Assembly: GCA_030550225.1 (NCBI GenBank)
Contig: JAUQPV010000001.1
Span: 1 to 54,771, forward strand
Length of the DNA: 54,771 nt
Direction of reading: 5' to 3'
From: Acidobacteriota bacterium
GTDB lineage: Bacteria; Acidobacteriota; HRBIN11
The notes under the pieces are model-generated. The model saw only the letters and a program-made list of their open reading frames with translations, did no database searches and was not told the origin of the DNA. Of the stretch, positions 50,110 to 54,771 are shown one piece after another. The translations under genes and the position numbers were made by a program. Position 1 is the first letter of the stretch. Each line of letters begins with the position of its first letter.

Positions 50110-50200
50110 CGGTGCTCGGTGCTGGGTGTTGGGTGTTGGGTGTTGGGTTCTTGAAAAAGGGACCTAACACCTAACACCGAGCACCCAGCACCCAACACCC
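50110..50200. repeat. Tight hairpin with GGGTGTT-heptamer arms; the G-rich arm is a canonical G-quadruplex motif
   Basis: Left arm 50110-50150 is cGGTGCTCGGTGCTGGGTGTTGGGTGTTGGGTGTTGGGTTC. Right arm 50161-50200 is gacctaacacctaacaccgagcacccagcacccaacaccc. The loop is 10 nt. GGGTGTTGGGTGTTGGGTGTTGGG lies at about 50124-50147. Confidence 0.85.
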
Positions 50201-50471
50201 ATTCTGTCTGAAAAATCGTGCTTCCCGGCCCATGGAAAAGGCCGTCCCGACGCCATTCTCCCGAACCGAACGGCCTTACTAAGCTATCTGCCTCCGTCCC
50301 TTGCCTGCGCGAAATCACCCATAGGTGGGTGATTTCACCCGCGGTCCTACGGAAGGGGCGAGCCAATTGCTTTGTTGTGATCGGAGTGGACGCCACGGGC
50401 CGACGGAGACGTCGGCCCGCAGGCCGGAGGCCTGTGCCACCGCTTTATTGCGACAGACTTACTGCAAAACG

Positions 50472-50804
50472 TTACTGACGCCGCAGGAAGGCTACGAGAT
50501 CTCGAATTTCCTGTTCGGTCAAGGAGATGCGGGGCATTGGCGGAAACCCCGGGTTGCGGGGCCGGCGTCCGGTCTGGCGGTAGACGATCTCAGGGTCGGT
50601 GAGCCACAGTTCCAGCATAGTGGCGTCATAGCGGCGGCCGACGCCCCGCAGGTCAGGACCTGCCTTGGGGCCTTGGCCGATCGTGTGACAGTAGGGGCAT
50701 CCCCGCTCCTGAAAGACCCGTGCCCCCCGTCGGGGGTCGCCCGAGGCACATCCGAAGCCCAGGACGACGATCAGACAACCCAGGCTCCAAGCCCGTCGCC
50801 CCAT
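50472..50804 (-). CDS. monohaem cytochrome c, probable lipoprotein
   Basis: MGRRAWSLGCLIVVLGFGCASG has a lipobox-like LGFGC. It has one CPYCH and a distal PPMP Met-ligand region. The ORF extension to 50855 reads through an octamer-repeat arm. Confidence 0.75.
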   Translation of the reverse strand: MGRRAWSLGCLIVVLGFGCASGDPRRGARVFQERGCPYCHTIGQGPKAGPDLRGVGRRYDATMLELWLTDPEIVYRQTGRRPRNPGFPPMPRISLTEQEIRDLVAFLRRQ

Positions 50805-50816
50805 TTGGTTCCTCAG

Positions 50817-50977
50817 TTTGGGAATTCGGCATCCGGCAGTTCGGGAGTTCGGCAATTCGGCAATTTGGGAATTCAGCCCTGCGGGGGTTTGATTCGGCCG
50901 TGGCCAGATATACTTGCCTTGACCGTAGGTCCGGCTGATCTCTACCCCTCTCTATCCCGGACTGCCGAACTCCCGAA
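50817..50977. repeat. Inverted repeat with tandem-octamer arms (TTCGGCAG/CTGCCGAA type)
   Basis: Left arm 50817-50876 is tttgggaattcggcatccggcagttcgggagttcggcaattcggcaatttgggaattcag. The right arm 50956-50977 (cccggactgccgaactcccgaa) is shorter. It lies in the divergent cytochrome c / hydrogenase spacer. Confidence 0.75.
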
Positions 50978-51086
50978 AAGAGCATAAGTCCCAAAATTGA
51001 GACTTCATCCGGCCCTAAAGTCCCACCTTTTGGACGGCCGCCATCCCAATGTTTCATCTGGGGCCAAGCCCTTTCCGGTTAAGGGC

Positions 51087-51102
51087 GGGCACAAAAATTG
51101 TA
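51087..51102 (+). promoter_or_regulatory. Candidate sigma-54 (-24/-12) promoter upstream of the hydrogenase small subunit
   Basis: GGGCAC-AAAAA-TTGTA has the consensus spacing of TGGCAC-N5-TTGCW. The -12 GC is GT here. It lies 37 nt upstream of the ATG at 51139. Confidence 0.3.
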
Positions 51103-51138
51103 ACCGATCTCCTATGACTCCCCTCCCTGAGGTGGTCT

Positions 51139-52287
51139 ATGTGGGGTGGCATCCAAACTCTCCACACCTGGGAACGTTCAGGCCTCCTGGACGACGCCTG
51201 GAGTCGTCGGGAGTTCCTGAAGTTCTGCGGGCGGATGGCAGTCCTCTTAGGACTTTCGGACGCCTTCATCCCACGGATCGCGCGAGCCCTGGAGACGGCG
51301 GTTCAAAATCGGCGGCCCTCGGTCATCTGGCTGGAATTTCAAGACTGCGCTGGGAACACGGAGTCCTTCACGCGGGCGAATTCCCCCTCGGTCGCCCAAG
51401 CGGTCTTAGAGGCCGTTTCCCTGGACTACCACGAGACGCTCATGGCGGCGGCCGGGCATCGGGCCGAGGAAGCCCGTCGGAAGGCCCTGGAGGCGAATAA
51501 GGGTCAGGTCATCGTCGTGGTCGAGGGCTCGATCCCCACGAAGGACGACGGGATTTACTGCACCATCGGCGGCAAGACGGCCCTTCAGATCATCCGAGAA
51601 GTAGAGCCTTACGCCTTGGCCTTCGTGGCTGTCGGGACCTGTGCGGCCTTCGGCGGTCTCCCCAAGGCGAATCCGAACCCCACGGGCGCCGTCGGGGTCG
51701 AGGACGTCGTCCGGACGAAGCCGGTCATCAACCTACCGGGGTGTCCGGCGAACCCGGATGTCCTGATGGGGCTTTTGGTGCACTATCTGGTCTTCAACCG
51801 TCTGCCGGACCTGGACGCCCAGCGGCGGCCCCTGTTTGCGTTCGGCAAACGGATTCACGACACCTGTGAACGGCGGCCCCACTTCGACGCCGGTCAATTC
51901 GCCCTCGCCTTTGACGACTATGGCGCCCGGCAGGGCTACTGCCTCTACAAACTCGGATGCAAGGGCCCCGAAACCTATAACATCTGCGCGTCTCTGCGCT
52001 GGAACATGCAGGCCAGCTGGCCCGTCAAAGCCGGCCATCCCTGCATCGGCTGTTCGGAGCGGGACTTCTGGGACCGGTTCACGCCTTTCTATGAGCGGCT
52101 TCCTGAGGTACGCGCCTTCGGCGTGGAACAGCGGGCCGACCGCCTGGGCGGCACGCTGGTCGGCGTGACGGCCGTCGGCGTCCTGGCCCATGCCATTTAC
52201 ACCTGGGCGGTCCGGCGGGCCGAGCGGAAGGCGGAAGAGCTGGCCAAGAAGGAAGAGGAAGCCCAGCAGAAATCCCCTGAGGGCTAA
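51139..52287 (+). CDS. hupS: [NiFe] uptake hydrogenase small subunit (Tat signal, C-terminal anchor)
   Basis: SRREFLKFCG twin-arginine motif. PSVIWLEFQDCAGNTESF, VVEGSIP, GTCAAFGG, CPANP and HPCIGCSE are Fe-S ligand patterns. The C-terminus is hydrophobic. Confidence 0.9.
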   Translation: MWGGIQTLHTWERSGLLDDAWSRREFLKFCGRMAVLLGLSDAFIPRIARALETAVQNRRPSVIWLEFQDCAGNTESFTRANSPSVAQAVLEAVSLDYHETLMAAAGHRAEEARRKALEANKGQVIVVVEGSIPTKDDGIYCTIGGKTALQIIREVEPYALAFVAVGTCAAFGGLPKANPNPTGAVGVEDVVRTKPVINLPGCPANPDVLMGLLVHYLVFNRLPDLDAQRRPLFAFGKRIHDTCERRPHFDAGQFALAFDDYGARQGYCLYKLGCKGPETYNICASLRWNMQASWPVKAGHPCIGCSERDFWDRFTPFYERLPEVRAFGVEQRADRLGGTLVGVTAVGVLAHAIYTWAVRRAERKAEELAKKEEEAQQKSPEG

Positions 52288-52299
52288 AGGAGGGGGATC

Positions 52300-54015
52300 A
52301 TGGCTCGCATCGTCGTCGACCCTATCACCCGTATCGAGGGGCACCTCCGCATTGAAGCCGAGGTGGACGGCGGACGCATCGTGCGGGCCTACTCGTCTTG
52401 CACGATGTGGCGGGGCGTCGAACGGATCCTCATCGGGCGGGACCCCCGGGACGCCTGGGCCTTTGCCCAGCGCATCTGTGGGGTCTGCACGACCGTCCAC
52501 GCCTACGCCTCCATCCGGGCCGTGGAGGACGCCCTGGGCATCGACGTGCCCCCGCTGGCCCAAGCCTTCCGGAACCTTATGATCGCTACCCAGAACGCTC
52601 ACGACCACGTCATGCATTTCTACCACTTGCACGCCCTCGACTGGGTCAACGTCCCGAATGCCCTGAAGGCGGACCCCAAGAAGACGGCTGACCTGGCGCA
52701 TGCCATCTCCGACTGGCCGAACTCCAGCGAGGCCTACTTCCGGGACGTCCAGAGCAAACTCAAGAAGTTCGTCGAGTCGGGTCAGCTCGGGATCTTCGAC
52801 AACGCTTACTGGGACCATCCGGCCTACAAGCTCCCGCCGGAGGCGGACCTCCTGGCCGTGGCTCACTACCTGGAGGCCCTGGACTGGCAACGGCGGGTCA
52901 TCCGGATTCTCACCTTCCTGGGGGGTAAGGACCCCCATCCCAACTTCCTGGTCGGTGGCGTCCCTCTGTCGGTCAACTTAGCGTCCCCGTCGGTTGTTAA
53001 CGCCGAGGTCCTCTCCATGATCAAGACCCACATCGACGAGCTGAAGGCGTTCGTCGAGAAGGTCTACATCCCGGACCTCATTGCCATCGCCGGCTTTTAC
53101 AAGGAATGGGCTCAATGGGGTGCCGGCGTCGGCAACTACCTGGCGTACGGCGAGCTCCCCGAGGGGAAGACGAACGAAATCGACCGGCTGTACCTCCCCC
53201 GCGGTGCTATCCTGGGTCGGGACCTCCAGACGGTCCACGACGTCGACCCCAAGGACCCCGAGCAGGTCCAGGAGTCCGTGGCTCACTCGTACTATCGTTA
53301 CAGCCGGGGCGACAGCGCTTTGCTCCATCCCTTCGAGGGCGAGACGGAGCCGAACTACACAGGTCCCAAGCCGCCGTATGAGTACCTCAACGTGGAGGGC
53401 AAGTATAGTTGGTTGAAGGCGCCTCGCTGGCGGGGCCACAGCATGGAAGTCGGTCCCCTGGCCCGGATGCTGGTCGCTTATGCCAAGGGCAAGCCCTACG
53501 TGAAGGAGAAAGTCGACTACGTCCTCCAGAAACTGGACGTGCCGATAACGGCCCTGTTCTCGACCCTGGGTCGGACGGCCGCCCGGGCTATCGAGGCCTG
53601 GGTCATGGCGGAGTACCTACCGCAGGTCTACGACCGCATCATCTCCCTCATCCGGGCAGGCGATACGACGACCTTCAACAGTCTAAAGTGGGACCCCTCG
53701 ACGTGGCCCCGGGAGGCGAAGGGCTTCGGTTATATGGAAGCGCCTCGCGGCGCTCTGGGTCACTGGGTCACGATTCGCGACGGCAAGATCGCCCACTACC
53801 AGTGTGTCGTCCCCTCGACATGGAACGGCGGACCCCGGGACGCGGCCGGCCAGCCCGGCCCTTACGAGGCCGCCCTGGAGGGTACGCCTATCCAGAACCC
53901 GGAAGCCCCCCTGGAGCTCCTGCGGACGGTCCATTCCTTTGACCCCTGCATGGCCTGTGCGGCCCACATCTACGACGTCCAGGGCCGGGAAATCGTCCGG
54001 GTCCGGATCCAGTGA
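52300..54015 (+). CDS. hupL: [NiFe] uptake hydrogenase large subunit
   Basis: MARIVVDPITRIEGHLRIE, N-terminal RICGVC motif, C-terminal DPCMACAAH followed by a short cleavable tail. Both C-terminal Cys residues are ordinary Cys codons, so this is not a Sec enzyme. Confidence 0.92.
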   Translation: MARIVVDPITRIEGHLRIEAEVDGGRIVRAYSSCTMWRGVERILIGRDPRDAWAFAQRICGVCTTVHAYASIRAVEDALGIDVPPLAQAFRNLMIATQNAHDHVMHFYHLHALDWVNVPNALKADPKKTADLAHAISDWPNSSEAYFRDVQSKLKKFVESGQLGIFDNAYWDHPAYKLPPEADLLAVAHYLEALDWQRRVIRILTFLGGKDPHPNFLVGGVPLSVNLASPSVVNAEVLSMIKTHIDELKAFVEKVYIPDLIAIAGFYKEWAQWGAGVGNYLAYGELPEGKTNEIDRLYLPRGAILGRDLQTVHDVDPKDPEQVQESVAHSYYRYSRGDSALLHPFEGETEPNYTGPKPPYEYLNVEGKYSWLKAPRWRGHSMEVGPLARMLVAYAKGKPYVKEKVDYVLQKLDVPITALFSTLGRTAARAIEAWVMAEYLPQVYDRIISLIRAGDTTTFNSLKWDPSTWPREAKGFGYMEAPRGALGHWVTIRDGKIAHYQCVVPSTWNGGPRDAAGQPGPYEAALEGTPIQNPEAPLELLRTVHSFDPCMACAAHIYDVQGREIVRVRIQ

Positions 54016-54033
54016 CGGAAAGGGAGGACGGCC

Positions 54034-54738
54034 ATGGCGGAACGACCTGAGTCTCGGATCATTTACATGAAAGTGTGGCAGGCGCCGGTTCGCATCGCCC
54101 ACTGGTTGATGTTCGTCAGCGTCGTCACCCTGGGGATCACGGGGTACCTCATCGGGAATCCGCCGTTTTCGGCCCCTGTCGAAGCCTCTCGGATATACAC
54201 CTTTGGGACGATTCGCTTTCTCCACTTTCTGGCCGGCTACGTCCTCCTCGCCTCGTTCTTGCTCCGGCTGTACTGGGGGTTCGTCGGAAACCGTTTCAGC
54301 CGATGGGTCACGATGCTCCCTATCCGGAAGCCGCAGTGGCGTTGGATGTGGGGAGAGACCCGGAGCCTCTTCTGGCCCCGTATCCGGTATTACGCCTACA
54401 CGGGTCATTCCCCGCTGGGCAACCTGGTGTACCTCCTGGTGTATCTCGGCGTCCTGTTCTCGATCGTCACGGGGTTCACGCTGTACGCCCATCAGAAGTA
54501 CACGCCCTTCTGGCGGACCCTCGGCGCTTGGGGTCTCGCCCTCTTTGGCCACAACCTCAACTTCGTCCACCTCCTCCATCACCTGATGCTGTGGTTCTTC
54601 GCCATCTTTCTGGTCGTCCACCTGTACCTGGTCGTGTACACGATGGTCGTGACCCGGACGACGGAAATCGACACGATGATTTCAGGCAAAAAATTCGTCT
54701 TTGAGGAAGAGTTGGCGCCTGAAGCCGAAAAGCCCTAA
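54034..54738 (+). CDS. hupC: Ni/Fe-hydrogenase b-type cytochrome subunit
   Basis: Four TM helices with conserved His (RIAHWLMF, RFLHFLAGY, HHLMLWFFAIFLVVH), and the expected position after the large subunit. Confidence 0.85.
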   Translation: MAERPESRIIYMKVWQAPVRIAHWLMFVSVVTLGITGYLIGNPPFSAPVEASRIYTFGTIRFLHFLAGYVLLASFLLRLYWGFVGNRFSRWVTMLPIRKPQWRWMWGETRSLFWPRIRYYAYTGHSPLGNLVYLLVYLGVLFSIVTGFTLYAHQKYTPFWRTLGAWGLALFGHNLNFVHLLHHLMLWFFAIFLVVHLYLVVYTMVVTRTTEIDTMISGKKFVFEEELAPEAEKP

Positions 54739-54771
54739 GTGGTTCCCCTCCCGCGCCCGCCCCTCCCGGCC

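Noticed and set aside
53930-53960. Possibility of a [NiFeSe] hydrogenase with in-frame TGA selenocysteine.
   Set aside because: The C-terminal motif DPCMACAAH is encoded with ordinary TGC/TGT codons, and the ORF has no internal TGA.

Overview
This is a GC-rich chromosomal segment from a diderm bacterium, judged from an outer-membrane beta-barrel gene, Tat and lipoprotein signals, and Shine-Dalgarno sites. All calls were made by eye from the sequence and the ORF track, with no database searches. Coordinates of starts, repeat arms and promoters are approximate.

Bases 1-30.8 kb are mostly housekeeping:
- Biosynthesis: ilvC (partial), leuA, leuC, leuD, proC, gltB, leuB, and a fructose-1,6-bisphosphate aldolase/phosphatase-ribD-TerC operon.
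- Replication and RNA functions: dnaG, priA, an Hfq-like gene, tmRNA and RNase G.
- Others: a MarR-type regulator divergent from a cytochrome P460 gene, two hydrolases, a RuvC-fold gene and a DUF2400-like gene.
- Three small lower-GC patches: an AAA-ATPase relic and two orphan ORFs.

Bases 31-54.8 kb form a dense redox island:
- A histidine kinase with a periplasmic CxxCH motif, followed by a sigma-54-dependent response regulator.
- A 13-CxxCH cytochrome fused to a membrane cytochrome b domain (CbcL-like), followed by an AIR-synthase-family gene.
- A roughly 12.6 kb minus-strand array, in transcription order: MtrA/PioA-type decahaem cytochrome, MtrB/PioB-type porin, two near-identical monohaem cytochromes c, Rieske, cytochrome b, an 11-CxxCH cytochrome, a second Rieske, a second cytochrome b, and a 27-CxxCH cytochrome.
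- A monohaem lipoprotein cytochrome c and a group-1-like membrane-bound [NiFe] uptake hydrogenase (small subunit, large subunit, cytochrome b).

I count 66 CxxCH motifs across the genes called in the window. The best candidate for a new system is the outer-membrane conduit joined to two tandem Rieske/cytochrome b modules and giant multihaem cytochromes.

A second, non-coding signal runs through the whole window. Intergenic inverted repeats have arms made of degenerate tandem heptamers or octamers. One structured element of about 180 nt occurs twice in inverted orientation and brackets four of the cytochrome genes.
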